DNA from: Candidatus Peregrinibacteria bacterium
GTDB taxonomy: Bacteria > Patescibacteriota > Gracilibacteria > UBA1369
Length of the DNA stretch: 64,000 nucleotides
Reading direction: 5' to 3'
Assembly (NCBI GenBank): GCA_003153355.1
Contig: PLYH01000003.1
Span: 124,635 to 188,634, forward strand
Shown: one piece after another, positions 8,932-18,757 of the stretch
Layout of the letters: every line of letters begins with the position of its first letter
How positions within the stretch are numbered: the first letter of the stretch is position 1
The notes under the pieces: generated by a model
Databases searched by the model: none
What the model saw: the letters and a program-made list of their open reading frames with translations, nothing else
Told to the model about the DNA's origin: nothing
Translations under genes and position numbers: made by a program

Positions 8932-11295
8932 TTATTTTAACTTTTCACGGAGCCCGTTCAGCCATCGTTCACAGGCTTTTTTAAGGTCCAGATTGATGAG
9001 GTTTTTGGTGCCGTTTTTGAAGATGAGTTTTGATACCGACGTGGTCTTGCCTATTTCGTATGGAACGAGCTGATATTTTTTGCAGAGCGCCTCGAACTGT
9101 TTGCTTTTGGATGCGGGAATTTCGCAGACAAACCCGCCGGTTTCACTGAAAAGTTTTTGATCGTTGCGCAGACTTGCTTCGTCGCAATTTTTGACATCAA
9201 TGTCTGCCCCGATTTTTCCTTCACCCCATCCGCCAAACGCCATTTCGCAAACGCTCACCGCGACTCCGCCTTCGCTGATGTCGTGGGCTGCGGAAATGAG
9301 GCCGGCTGCGACTCCGTCGACCATAACGTTGATCTCTTTCTGGACCTCGCTAAAATCCGCTTCAGGAACATTCGCTCCCTGTTCACCGTGAAGACGGTAA
9401 TACTCCGATCCGCCGAGTTCATTTTTTCTTTTACCCAAGAGGTAAATTTTACTTCCTGCTTTTTTAAACTGCATGGTGATCGCTTTGTTGTAGTCATCGA
9501 TTTTTCCGATGCAGCAAATGATCGCCGCGGGGGCGATGTGACCGTTTTTGCTTTCGTTATACAAACTTACGTTTCCGGAAATGACCGGTGTCGGGAATTC
9601 CGGATGGTTCTTCAGTTTGACCCCGTGGCAAGCATCGCGGATGCCTTCAATACCTTGCTTAAGTTCCCACATCTGTTCCGGTTTTTCCGGATTTCCGTAG
9701 TTCAGACAGTCTGTAATGGCTTGCGGATAGGCTCCAACCGCCGCAACATTGCGCATGGATTCAACTACCGCGTTTGCGGCACCGTGATACGGACTGATCA
9801 GACTGTGACGCGGATTGCTGTCTGTTGAAAAAGCCATGCCCACCTTTTTAGTTTTCGCATCAACGTCTTCATCCAAAAGCGGAGCAAGTATACCTGCATC
9901 CGCGAGTCCCGCTTCCAGAACCACAAAACCCTGAACCTGTTTATCGTAACGTTCGTACACCGGCTTGCGCGAAGCGATATTTTCGGAAGCCAAAAGAGCG
10001 AGCAGCTCTTTATTATAATCTTTTGGTTCAGGAAGATCCGGTTCTTCAAAACTTTTTTTCGGATCGAGTGAGAGACGGTTATAAATCAACCCTTCGGTAA
10101 TATCGTTAGATTTTGCGTTCACAACTTTTTCTCCTTTGAATTTGAGAATATAGTTTCCTTCTTTCACTTTTCCGATCAAAGAAGCTCTGGCGTTTTCCGC
10201 GACCGAAGGAAGATTCCATTTCTTATTATAATGATCGAGAATCATTTTGGTCAGGCTGGGATGGCACATCCAGGTGAACCTTTCCTGTGTTTCCGAGCAT
10301 GCGATCACTGAAGGCGGGAGATTTTTCACTCCGACATGGACTTTTTCCAGATCAATTTCCGCGCCGAGTCCTACTTTGGCTACCTGTTCAACGGTGGAGC
10401 AACTGATGCCGCCCGCCCCCATGTCTTTGTAACTCACTTTACCGATAAGTTTTTTCTTCTGGAGTTCTGCGAAAAGATCGTAAGTGGAAACGAGCAGATG
10501 GCGTTTTAAAAATGGATTCGGTTCCTGGACCGCGCCTTTATTTTTCTCTTTTTCGGATTCCTTCAAAATTCCCGATGCAAAAGCCGCTCCGCCCATCCCG
10601 CTAAAATCGGTAGGTTTTCCCACAATAATAATGTCCCATTTTTCTTTGGCCGCGTTTTTGGAAACGAAAGAGTGGATGAGATGCGATTCGCGGACCAAGC
10701 CCAGTGCCACCACATTCACCAAACAGTTGTCATTATAAGAAGGGTCAAAATACACATCGCCTCCCAGATTTGGAATGCCCAACGGGTTACCGTATCCGCC
10801 GATGCCGCTGACAACTCCCGAAGCAATCTGGCGGGCGGTGTTATTTTTTACTTCCCCAAAGCGCAGCGGGTCCATGACTCCGATGACTTTTGCTCCCATG
10901 CAGGCGACGTCGCGGACGCAGCCGCCGACGCCTGTTGCCGCTCCTTCGAAGGGAACAATCTGCGACGGATGGTTATGGCTTTCGTGGCTTACTACTAAAC
11001 CAAAACGATCGCCTTTATACTTGGTGATTTCCACCACTCCCGAATCTTCGCCTACGCCCAAAACCACGTTCGGGGCATCGATCGGCAGAAGTTTTAAATA
11101 AGGTTTACTGCTTTTGTAGGAACAATGTTCTGATCCTTGAATTCCCCAAAGCACCGCTTCGGTTATGGTCGGGGAGCGTCCTAAAATATCCTCAATCTTC
11201 CTTGCTTCCTCCACGGTCAGACCGATTTTGTTCTTGGCGAGGGCCTTAAGAACCTCATCATCGGTCATCTTAGAGAAAGCTAAGGTTTTTTCCAT
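8932..11295 (-). CDS. purL: phosphoribosylformylglycinamidine synthase II (FGAM synthase, large PurL subunit)
   Basis: 787 aa. Motifs GVGEDSGVV, SHESHNHPS, GGYGNPLGIP and the duplicated AIR-synthase-like architecture typical of PurL. Confidence 0.95.
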   Translation of the reverse strand: MEKTLAFSKMTDDEVLKALAKNKIGLTVEEARKIEDILGRSPTITEAVLWGIQGSEHCSYKSSKPYLKLLPIDAPNVVLGVGEDSGVVEITKYKGDRFGLVVSHESHNHPSQIVPFEGAATGVGGCVRDVACMGAKVIGVMDPLRFGEVKNNTARQIASGVVSGIGGYGNPLGIPNLGGDVYFDPSYNDNCLVNVVALGLVRESHLIHSFVSKNAAKEKWDIIIVGKPTDFSGMGGAAFASGILKESEKEKNKGAVQEPNPFLKRHLLVSTYDLFAELQKKKLIGKVSYKDMGAGGISCSTVEQVAKVGLGAEIDLEKVHVGVKNLPPSVIACSETQERFTWMCHPSLTKMILDHYNKKWNLPSVAENARASLIGKVKEGNYILKFKGEKVVNAKSNDITEGLIYNRLSLDPKKSFEEPDLPEPKDYNKELLALLASENIASRKPVYERYDKQVQGFVVLEAGLADAGILAPLLDEDVDAKTKKVGMAFSTDSNPRHSLISPYHGAANAVVESMRNVAAVGAYPQAITDCLNYGNPEKPEQMWELKQGIEGIRDACHGVKLKNHPEFPTPVISGNVSLYNESKNGHIAPAAIICCIGKIDDYNKAITMQFKKAGSKIYLLGKRKNELGGSEYYRLHGEQGANVPEADFSEVQKEINVMVDGVAAGLISAAHDISEGGVAVSVCEMAFGGWGEGKIGADIDVKNCDEASLRNDQKLFSETGGFVCEIPASKSKQFEALCKKYQLVPYEIGKTTSVSKLIFKNGTKNLINLDLKKACERWLNGLREKLK

Positions 11296-11341
11296 GGAAG
11301 GAAGATCGGGTTAAAGCTTTGGAATTGATTGAACCTTGTGA

Positions 11342-11557
11342 CTATCTTACAAAAGGCATGAGAGCCATGAAGCGTGCATTCTTCACTGCGCGGGCCAACT
11401 GTTTCTGATATTTCAACGAGGTTCCGGTGTAGTAACGCGGAGTAATCTTATTGTATTGTGAAACGTATTTTTTTAAAAGTTTCACATTCTTATAGTCAAT
11501 ATACGTGATGTTATTGACCGTAAAGAAACAAGGTTTGTTGTATTTATTCTTTGCCAT
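11342..11557 (-). CDS. rpsR: 30S ribosomal protein S18
   Basis: 71 aa with [14 protein letters not shown]...ITPRYYTG...[20 protein letters not shown]. Located in rpsF-ssb-rpsR order. Confidence 0.9.
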   Translation of the reverse strand: MAKNKYNKPCFFTVNNITYIDYKNVKLLKKYVSQYNKITPRYYTGTSLKYQKQLARAVKNARFMALMPFVR

Positions 11558-11604
11558 AGTGATTGAAAATTTAGAATATATATAAGAGTTGTGACGACTT
11601 TCTG

Positions 11605-12048
11605 TTACGCCGCATCGTCCATCGGCATGTCTGACATTTGGTCCATGTCCCCATCCGAGGATCCCTGACCCATATCTTCGGCACCCGTGTGTTCTCCGGC
11701 CGGCATGTCGCCGCTGGCGCGTTTATCAAGCATAATAAGGTCATTCACTACTATTTCCGTGCGGAATTTTTTCACGCCTTCCGGAGTATCCCAGCTGCGG
11801 GTCTTTAAGTAGCCTTCAATATAGACGAGTTTGCCTTTGTGGATATATTTACTGCAAATGTCGGCAAGTTTGGACCAGGCAACCACTTCGTGGAATTCGC
11901 TGGAAGTATGATGTTCACCATTTTTCGTCATCCAGTCGCGGTTTGTCGCGATGCCAAAGGTGGCAATAGGCTGGCCGCTGATCGTCTGTTTAATTTCCGG
12001 GTCGCGGGTGACGTTTCCAATAACGATGACTTTATTAATACTTCTCAT
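11605..12048 (-). CDS. ssb: single-stranded DNA-binding protein
   Basis: 147 aa. OB-fold N-terminus ([17 protein letters not shown]...ATFGIATNR) and acidic C-terminal tail DMPMDDAA. Confidence 0.9.
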   Translation of the reverse strand: MRSINKVIVIGNVTRDPEIKQTISGQPIATFGIATNRDWMTKNGEHHTSSEFHEVVAWSKLADICSKYIHKGKLVYIEGYLKTRSWDTPEGVKKFRTEIVVNDLIMLDKRASGDMPAGEHTGAEDMGQGSSDGDMDQMSDMPMDDAA

Positions 12049-12053
12049 AGGCT

Positions 12054-12671
12054 TTAGAAGTTAATGTCTGGATTGGAAAGAATGCTGTCGAGCTTAGCAT
12101 CGATGTCTTCAAGCTCTTTCTTGCTTTCTTCTTTCTTTTTCGCAGGCTTCTTCGTTTCAGCCTTGGTTTCTTCAGCTACTTCTTTTTTAACGGTTTTTTC
12201 AGGGGCAGATTTTTCTGCCTTCACTTCCTCTTTTGGCGCTTCCACTTTCATGACTGGAACATGCCGTACAGATTTTTTATCTTTCTTCTCTTCTTTTTTC
12301 AGTTCTTCCTCTTTATCTGCTGCAGCTGCTTCAGCTTCCATATCAGCTAAAGTTTTCGGCTGGTAAGCGGTCGGGAGCTTCATAAGAAGGTGACGCAGAA
12401 CTTCCGGTTCGAGGCGGAGCATACGGTCGAGTTCCTTGATGCTGCCCGGACCCAGGTTCACGTCCAATACTATATAGTATCCCTGTTCACGTTTTTTTAT
12501 GTCGTACGCCAAATCACGAAGACCCCAGTCGTCTTCAAAGAAAACCTCACCGCCAAAATCGGCGATGGATTTTTTAATGGCTTCCAAACGTTTTTTGATG
12601 GCTGTCTCGCCAATATCAGGCGCGACAATCACCATAAGTTCATACCTTACGGTATCATTGAGCGTGCTCAT
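12054..12671 (-). CDS. rpsF: 30S ribosomal protein S6 with Lys/Glu-rich C-terminal extension
   Basis: N-terminus YELMVIVAPDIGE...DWGLRDLAYDIKK...GYY matches S6. First gene of the S6-SSB-S18 operon. Confidence 0.9.
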   Translation of the reverse strand: MSTLNDTVRYELMVIVAPDIGETAIKKRLEAIKKSIADFGGEVFFEDDWGLRDLAYDIKKREQGYYIVLDVNLGPGSIKELDRMLRLEPEVLRHLLMKLPTAYQPKTLADMEAEAAAADKEEELKKEEKKDKKSVRHVPVMKVEAPKEEVKAEKSAPEKTVKKEVAEETKAETKKPAKKKEESKKELEDIDAKLDSILSNPDINF

Positions 12672-12706
12672 CTTTACTATGGATTAAGGAATAAAGTTTC
12701 TTAAGA

Positions 12707-12766
12707 AGAGTCGATGCACCTTCATCAGGCGTCCACTCTCCAGAAAAGAAGAAGCATGAGGACTCT
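12707..12766 (-). promoter_or_regulatory. candidate structured 5' leader of the rpsF operon
   Basis: On the minus strand AGAGUC (12766-12761) pairs with GACUCU (12712-12707). This encloses an inner CAUGC/GCAU(C)G helix, 35 nt upstream of the rpsF ATG. Confidence 0.3.
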
Positions 12767-12805
12767 AACAAAAACTTTTAGCTCCTGCAAGGCGGTTTTT
12801 TTATA

Positions 12806-12865
12806 CGCTCCAGCGGCGGCAAAGCCGCACGCTTTCGCCCTCGGCCCGTGGCCTCGGTTTGGCCA
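12806..12865 (+). repeat. GC-rich structured intergenic repeat, copy A
   Basis: CGCTCCAGCGGCGGCAAAGCCGCACGCTTTCGCCCTCGG-CCGTGGCCTCGGTTTGG. Hairpin GCGGC-AAA-GCCGC. Preceded by a T7 run. Confidence 0.6.
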
Positions 12866-13211
12866 CTTTTGCTAAAAAACAATAGTCCGCCGGGAATGCT
12901 AAATCTCGATAAAATACCTTTTTCGTCAATGCTTTACTTGCTTTTTATAAAATTTATTTTATTTTGATAGTTTATTTTTCGTTTTTTGGCTTATATCAAT
13001 CAGAATCAAGTACTTCATCTTACCCTTTACAAATCCTTTTGGTCACTATATATTCCCTGACCGGTCAATGGTAATGGTTAGCAAGAGTTTTGAAACCGGT
13101 GTAAGCTGAGTTAATGAAAGGCAAAAAAAGTGTTCTATAAGCTGATAAGTCAACATAAGTAAGTTCTCCGTCCAAGTAAATCCCAGGGATGGTCACACCC
13201 AAAAAGTTATT

Positions 13212-14531
13212 ATGAGCCAAACGCCTATTAGTACTACAACCGAACAATTCGAGGTTAACACCGGCGCTCGCCGAGCCCGCCATGTAAAGGTTTTCGCAAA
13301 GTCGACCTTTCTGCGCTGGCCAAGCTTCTCGCTTTCATCACTTTTTGCTCCGGCTAAAAGTTCAGGCTCTCTTAAGGGAAGCGTTCTTGGTAAAATCGCT
13401 CCTTTCCTTCACAGAGGCCATGTAGAAGCCCATCATTATACTTCTCCGGTTCAGCGGCTTTTCACCCGCTACGGAGCTGCTGTGGCTTTGCTTTTTTTTA
13501 TTGGATCAATCACTCCGTCGAACGCCTATTCCGACGGTTTTGCTTCAGGCTATGTGGCTTTGGACGGCTCATGGGATCAGACCGCAACCAATTCTCCACT
13601 CATGGCAGATCAGGAAGGTTATCTCACTAAAGTAAATCCTCAGACAGATGCCGGCGACCGTAACAGCGTGAACGACTCTTTTGAACACACCGTTGCTTCC
13701 GGCGACACCATCTCCACGATTGCAGCCCAATACGGACTTAAACAAAACACTATTCTTTGGGCAAACAATTTAACTGCTGATTCCACACTTAAAGTAGATC
13801 AAAAATTACTCATCCCACCGGTTGACGGCGTTTATCATCAAGTCAGCAAAGATGATACCGTTGTTAAGATTGCCAGCGCTTACAGCGTGAGCAGCGACAG
13901 CATTGTGAAACAGAACGCCCTCACCGCAGACGCAGCGCTGACGACAGGCGATGAGATTTTTGTTCCGGGAGGCAAACCGCTCGTGACCGAAGCCCCTGTA
14001 GATACGACCAAAATTCAAGATATTTCGCGCGAAACGCCTGCACGTATCGCTTCAGCTGATCGTATAAATGCCAGCTCCATACCTATTGCCAGAGGAGCTT
14101 CAGGAACGATTCTTTCAAATACCGACGCCACTCCAGCAGGAGGTAAACCTTTTATTTTCCCGACCCGCGGTATTATTACTCAAGGCTTCCACCCCGGTCA
14201 TTACGCATTTGATATCGCCAATCCAGACCGTCCGGCCATTTGGGCTGCAGGAACAGGCACTGTTGTTCTGGTGGTCAGCGGATGCGCTGATGTTTCTTAC
14301 CGTTGCGGAGGAGGTTATGGTAACCATGTGATTATTGATCACGGTAACGGAGTCGAAACACTTTATGGACATATGACCTATCCAACGGTAGTCGTTGGCC
14401 AGCATGTTACTCAGGGAGAAGTGATCGGCAAGATGGGCCGTTCAGGAAACGTCCGCGGCATCACCGGCATTCACTGTCACTTTGAGGTCCGTATCAACGG
14501 CGTGAAGATGTTGCCTTCGAACTATTATTAA
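13212..14531 (+). CDS. LysM-domain M23 family peptidoglycan metalloendopeptidase
   Basis: Two LysM-like repeats (HTVASGDTISTIAAQYGL..., HQVSKDDTVVKIASAYSV...). M23 motifs HPGHYAFDIA, GYGNHVIIDHGNGVETLYGHM, GIHCHFEV. Confidence 0.85.
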   Translation: MSQTPISTTTEQFEVNTGARRARHVKVFAKSTFLRWPSFSLSSLFAPAKSSGSLKGSVLGKIAPFLHRGHVEAHHYTSPVQRLFTRYGAAVALLFFIGSITPSNAYSDGFASGYVALDGSWDQTATNSPLMADQEGYLTKVNPQTDAGDRNSVNDSFEHTVASGDTISTIAAQYGLKQNTILWANNLTADSTLKVDQKLLIPPVDGVYHQVSKDDTVVKIASAYSVSSDSIVKQNALTADAALTTGDEIFVPGGKPLVTEAPVDTTKIQDISRETPARIASADRINASSIPIARGASGTILSNTDATPAGGKPFIFPTRGIITQGFHPGHYAFDIANPDRPAIWAAGTGTVVLVVSGCADVSYRCGGGYGNHVIIDHGNGVETLYGHMTYPTVVVGQHVTQGEVIGKMGRSGNVRGITGIHCHFEVRINGVKMLPSNYY

Positions 14532-14561
14532 GATTTCTTCCCTTGAACCTTGAACTTTCAA

Positions 14562-14586
14562 ATCCCGCAGCACGCGGGATTTTTTG
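14562..14586 (+). terminator. intrinsic terminator after the M23 peptidase gene
   Basis: ATCCCGC (14562-14568) pairs with GCGGGAT (14574-14580) around a 5-nt loop, followed by TTTTT. Confidence 0.75.
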
Positions 14587-14593
14587 TTGCCCC

Positions 14594-14637
14594 CGCTCCG
14601 TCGGGGTCTTCGGCCTTGACCTTGGAGTGTGGTTTGC
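14594..14637 (+). repeat. degenerate member of the GC-rich repeat family, copy G
   Basis: CGCTCCGTCGGGG...TCGGCC...GGTTTGC directly after a terminator T-run, the same context as copies A and B. Similarity is weak. Confidence 0.3.
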
Positions 14638-14665
14638 TAAACTGCCTACGGCCTAAAAGCTCTGT

Positions 14666-14923
14666 ATGTGGAAAAAGCTTAAAGAACTTCCCAGAAAACC
14701 GGTGCTTGCGCTCATCAAGGCCTACCAGATGACACTTTCCCCGGATCACGGTTTTTTTAAGGCCATCTTCCCTTACGGATACTGCAAATATAAGCCTACG
14801 TGCTCCGAATACGGCTACGAAGTCATTAAGAAGTATGGGCTCGTTAGAGGTGTGCCCATGACTGTATGGAGAATCTTGCGATGCAATCCCTGCAGCAGGG
14901 GCGGACACGATCCGGTAAAATAA
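14666..14923 (+). CDS. yidD: membrane protein insertion efficiency factor YidD
   Basis: 85 aa with [19 protein letters not shown]...[16 protein letters not shown], the YidD signature. Confidence 0.85.
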   Translation: MWKKLKELPRKPVLALIKAYQMTLSPDHGFFKAIFPYGYCKYKPTCSEYGYEVIKKYGLVRGVPMTVWRILRCNPCSRGGHDPVK

Positions 14924-14947
14924 TTAGCCATTCATCATTATTGAATC

Positions 14948-16483
14948 ATGATCAAGCGAGCTCTCATCAGCGTGACGGACAAGACGGGAATTGTTGAATT
15001 CGCCAAGGCTCTGGCTCATAAAGGAATTGAGATTCTTTCCACCGGCGGCACGGCAAAAGTCCTTAAAGATGCCGGAATGAAAGTGACGGAAGTTTCTGAT
15101 TACACCGGCTTTCCGGAAATGATGGACGGCCGCGTCAAAACTTTGAATCCAAAAATTCATGGCGGGCTTCTGGCTGTACGCAGCAAAAAAGAACACATGG
15201 AGGCTTTGGATAAAATGGGCGTTGGTACGATTGATCTGGTCGTCGTGAATTTGTACAAGTTTGAGGAAACGGTCGAAAAAGAAGGAGTCAGCGAAGAAGA
15301 AGCTGTTGAAAATATCGATATCGGCGGCCCAAGCATGATCCGTTCGGCAGCCAAAAACTTTGCTTCGGTTACAGTCGTGACGGATCCGGATGACTACGAC
15401 CGGGTTATGGCTGAAATTGAAAAAAACGGTGATACGATTCCGGAGACCCGCAAACATCTGGCCTGGAAAGCTTTCAACAAAACCTATAAATATGATGAAG
15501 CGATTGAACATTATTTCCGGAAAATTCTGGGCGAAGCCGAACTGATGGATCTTCACTACGAAAAAGTGATGAGTTTACGCTACGGCGAAAATCCTCATCA
15601 GAAAGCGGCTTTCTTCCGTAATCCGGAAAATCATGATGCGAACATCACCAACGCAAAAGTTCTCCACGGCAAGCAGCTTTCATTCAACAATCTTGTGGAC
15701 GGAGATTCTGCACTGGAGCTCGTGAAAGAGTTTCAACGGCCGACGGTGACGATCATTAAACACAACAATCCATGCGGCGTGGCTTCTGCGGATACGATTG
15801 AAGAGGCCATGGAACGCGCATACCTCGTGGATTCGATGTCCGCTTTCGGCGGGGTGATGGCCGCAAACCGGCCGGTGACGAAAGCGATGACTGATTCGAT
15901 CAACAAAAAGAAATGGTTTCTGGAGATCATCATTGCGCCGAAGTTTGAGGATGATGCGATGAAAGAGCTCATGAAGAAGCCAAATTTACGCTTACTGGAA
16001 ACCGGACCATTAAAACTTGATGTGAACCGACGCGACATTAAAAAAGTTGCCGGAGGCATTTTGATCCAGAGCGAAGACACTTATGAAGTCTCGGAGAAAG
16101 ATATCAAAGTGGTGAGCAAAAAACAGCCGACCAAGGACCAGATCAAGGCGATGATCTTTGCGACCAAGGTCTGCAAGCGTGTAAAATCCAACGCGATTGT
16201 TTTGGCCAAAGGCGAAGAGGTCATGGGAATCGGCGCCGGCCAGATGTCACGCGTGGATGCGGTGCATTTGGCTTGTTACAAGGCCGGCGACCGCGCCAAA
16301 GATTCCGTGATGGCGAGCGATGCGTTCTTTCCTTTTTCCGACGGCATTGAAATGGCTGCCGAAAACGGCGTCGTCGCAATCATTTCACCGGGCGGCTCGA
16401 TCCGCGACGATGAAGTCATCAAGCGCGCCGATGAACTCGGGCTGGTGATGGTGTTTACCGGCATCAGATTGTTCAGGCATTAA
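14948..16483 (+). CDS. purH: bifunctional AICAR transformylase / IMP cyclohydrolase
   Basis: 511 aa. N-terminus KRALISVTDKTGIVEFAK...STGGTAK...GFPEMMDGRVKTLNPKIHGG and a full-length C-terminal AICARFT domain. Confidence 0.95.
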   Translation: MIKRALISVTDKTGIVEFAKALAHKGIEILSTGGTAKVLKDAGMKVTEVSDYTGFPEMMDGRVKTLNPKIHGGLLAVRSKKEHMEALDKMGVGTIDLVVVNLYKFEETVEKEGVSEEEAVENIDIGGPSMIRSAAKNFASVTVVTDPDDYDRVMAEIEKNGDTIPETRKHLAWKAFNKTYKYDEAIEHYFRKILGEAELMDLHYEKVMSLRYGENPHQKAAFFRNPENHDANITNAKVLHGKQLSFNNLVDGDSALELVKEFQRPTVTIIKHNNPCGVASADTIEEAMERAYLVDSMSAFGGVMAANRPVTKAMTDSINKKKWFLEIIIAPKFEDDAMKELMKKPNLRLLETGPLKLDVNRRDIKKVAGGILIQSEDTYEVSEKDIKVVSKKQPTKDQIKAMIFATKVCKRVKSNAIVLAKGEEVMGIGAGQMSRVDAVHLACYKAGDRAKDSVMASDAFFPFSDGIEMAAENGVVAIISPGGSIRDDEVIKRADELGLVMVFTGIRLFRH

Positions 16484-16504
16484 CATTCCTTCGGTTAAAA
16501 CCTT

Positions 16505-17542
16505 TTATTGCCACGCGACATTCGTATCGTCGAATGGAGTTTTGAATGTAACGAAGACAAGCGGAGAGGTTGTGCCGCCGAGGTTCTGGAAAGCCTGGGT
16601 TGTTCCGGCAGGAATGATCACGATCATGCCGCTGCTGACTTTCTGCTTTTTACCGCCGATGGTGAACTCGCCGCTGCCGGATACGATGTAAATCATTTGG
16701 GTGGTGTTGGCGTAGGTGTGGGAGCCGATGTTGTTTTTAAGTTTGTAGAGCTCAAGGCTGCCGGCGTTATTTCTTTGCAGCACGCTGTCTTCGAAGTTAC
16801 CTTTTTTATCCGTCAGACCCACCGCGATCATCTTATTCAGGTCAAAAGTGGCCAGAGTGAAGCCGGCAGGATTTGAAGGGGCAGGAGCGACTGCTGTTGG
16901 CTGGGATGGAGGTGTGGCACCCGGTGTTGCCGGATTTGCGCCCGCCGGAGGAGTTGCTGTGTTTGAGGTTGTTCCCGTTGCCACCGTGGTATTCATGACC
17001 GTTACGACCGGGCTGCCGATTGGAAGATTGAGTTTTCCCGGATCCCATAAGAGATAAATTTTGCTGTAGTTATTGGACATGCTTGTCGCCACATTCGTAA
17101 ACTGATCGGCGTCCAGTTCAGGCATCGCAGTCATCGTGGTTTGCATCAGGTCTTTTGTCGGCATCCATAATTTTTTCTCATCCTGGGTAAAGGTGTTGTA
17201 CATTTGCGGACTCACGATACTTTCCACTCCCACAAGACGAGAATCGCCCTCGTTGCCGTCATAAATCTGGCACTCCATCATGTCGCCCACGACGCTCTTA
17301 CAATATTTATTCACGGTCATGTCCGGATTGCCCGGGAAAAGTTTTTTGGCGGTCATGTGAAGAGTCCAGCCATCGGGAGGAAGTGTAGTCGCTGTTTGCT
17401 GGGATTGTTGTGTTTGTGCGGTGGTATCCGTTGTTGTCGTGTCGGAACTTTGATCCTGGGAAGGTTGGTTTCCGCTGCATCCAGCAAGCAATAATGCCAC
17501 CAGTGAAATTCCGATAAATTGGGCTTTGTGAAGATTTTTCAT
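16505..17542 (-). CDS. lipoprotein with C-terminal cupin domain. The N-domain resembles DUF1264 from memory (low certainty).
   Basis: Lipobox LLAGCSG. Thr/Pro-rich linker. Cupin-like IYIVSGSGEFTIGGKKQKVSSGMIVIIPAGT. Confidence 0.75.
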   Translation of the reverse strand: MKNLHKAQFIGISLVALLLAGCSGNQPSQDQSSDTTTTDTTAQTQQSQQTATTLPPDGWTLHMTAKKLFPGNPDMTVNKYCKSVVGDMMECQIYDGNEGDSRLVGVESIVSPQMYNTFTQDEKKLWMPTKDLMQTTMTAMPELDADQFTNVATSMSNNYSKIYLLWDPGKLNLPIGSPVVTVMNTTVATGTTSNTATPPAGANPATPGATPPSQPTAVAPAPSNPAGFTLATFDLNKMIAVGLTDKKGNFEDSVLQRNNAGSLELYKLKNNIGSHTYANTTQMIYIVSGSGEFTIGGKKQKVSSGMIVIIPAGTTQAFQNLGGTTSPLVFVTFKTPFDDTNVAWQ

Positions 17543-17603
17543 ATCTTTGGGTAAGAAAAATTAAATCGTTTGGCATTATAACCTGAAACATCTAAAAATC
17601 GAC

Positions 17604-17632
17604 TGGACAAAATCTGTAAATATCCATAGAAT
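17604..17632 (+). promoter_or_regulatory. candidate sigma70-type promoter for purP
   Basis: TGGACA (17604-17609), 17-nt spacer, TAGAAT (17627-17632). Confidence 0.4.
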
Positions 17633-17700
17633 AGTGGAAAATCTCTTGGGCGATTTGGAGCTCACAAAAGCCTCATTCGCCATCTTCACATCACAATTTT

Positions 17701-18741
17701 ATGGCCAATATCAAGGATTACGCCATCGTGACTCTCGGCAGTCACACCGCTTTGCAAATATTGAAAGGAGCCAAGGACGAAGGCTTCAAAACCATCTGCG
17801 TGTGCGTGAAAGGAAAAGAACGTCCATATAAAAGTTACGGGGTTGCGGACGAATTTATTTTTGTCGATTCTTTCAAAAACTTTTTCGAAATTGAACAACA
17901 GCTGATCGACCGCAACGCGATCATGATTCCGCACGGATCTTTCGTGAGCTACCTTGGATGGAAAAAAGTGCAGGACATTAAGATGATGCATTACGGCACG
18001 AAAGGAATTCTGGAATGGGAATCGGACCGCAACAAGGAGAGAATCTGGCTTGGCGATGCGGGACTTAAGCAGCCGAGAATTTTTGCGACTCCCGAAGAGA
18101 TCAACTGTCCGGTCATCATTAAATTCCACGGAGCCAAAGGCGGGTTCGGTTATTTCATCGCGAACTCTACCGCGGAATTTTATGAACGCATCCAGAACTA
18201 TCCGGGCGACGAAGGTTACGTCATTCAGGAATATATCGTGGGCGTTCCGGTCTACTCTCATTATTTTTATTCACCGGTTACCAAAGAACTGGAAGTGATG
18301 GGGTTTGATAAACGCTATGAATCCAATGCTGATTCCATCGGGCGCATTGCGGCAAAAGATCAGCTGGATGCCGGAATTCGCACATCGTATACCATCACCG
18401 GCAATATGCCGCTGGTCATCCGTGAATCCATCCTGCCACAGGTTTTCGAGATGGGCGAAAGAGTGATTGAAGAGTCACGAAAACTTATCGACTATAAATC
18501 AGGACAACCTCTTACCAAAGGTCTTTACGGTCCTTTCTGTCTTGAAGCGATTCTGGATCCGGATTTGAACTTTTATGTTTTTGAAATTTCTGCCAGAATT
18601 GTCGCCGGTACGAATCCTTACATCAATGGCTCACCGTACACCTGGCTGCGCTACAACGAGCCGATGAGCACCGGACGCCGCGTTGCCCGCGACATCAAAC
18701 AAGCGATTGAACAAGACAGGCTGGAAGAGATATTAGGTTAA
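17701..18741 (+). CDS. purP: archaeal-type FAICAR synthetase (formate- and ATP-dependent, ATP-grasp)
   Basis: Near-colinear with Methanocaldococcus PurP as I remember it: LGSHTALQILKGAK, PHGSF, KFHGAKGGFGYF, HYFYSP..ELEVMGFDKRYESN, ITGNMPLVIRESILPQVFEMG. Confidence 0.9.
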   Translation: MANIKDYAIVTLGSHTALQILKGAKDEGFKTICVCVKGKERPYKSYGVADEFIFVDSFKNFFEIEQQLIDRNAIMIPHGSFVSYLGWKKVQDIKMMHYGTKGILEWESDRNKERIWLGDAGLKQPRIFATPEEINCPVIIKFHGAKGGFGYFIANSTAEFYERIQNYPGDEGYVIQEYIVGVPVYSHYFYSPVTKELEVMGFDKRYESNADSIGRIAAKDQLDAGIRTSYTITGNMPLVIRESILPQVFEMGERVIEESRKLIDYKSGQPLTKGLYGPFCLEAILDPDLNFYVFEISARIVAGTNPYINGSPYTWLRYNEPMSTGRRVARDIKQAIEQDRLEEILG

Positions 18742-18757
18742 TTCATTTTCATTTCCC

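Noticed and set aside
14924-15556. 210-aa ORF antisense to purH. Similar case: 230-aa ORF 21380..22072 antisense to the GT2 gene.
   Set aside because: Both are fully contained in confidently identified genes on the other strand and have no motifs. They are typical shadow ORFs.
17543-17700. Purine or ZTP riboswitch upstream of purP (also checked upstream of purH, purN and purL)
   Set aside because: No purine-riboswitch core (UAUA...three-way junction) or pfl/ZTP motif (GGGUCGUGACUGGCG...CCGGGCGCCUGGGCA) is visible. The leaders are short.
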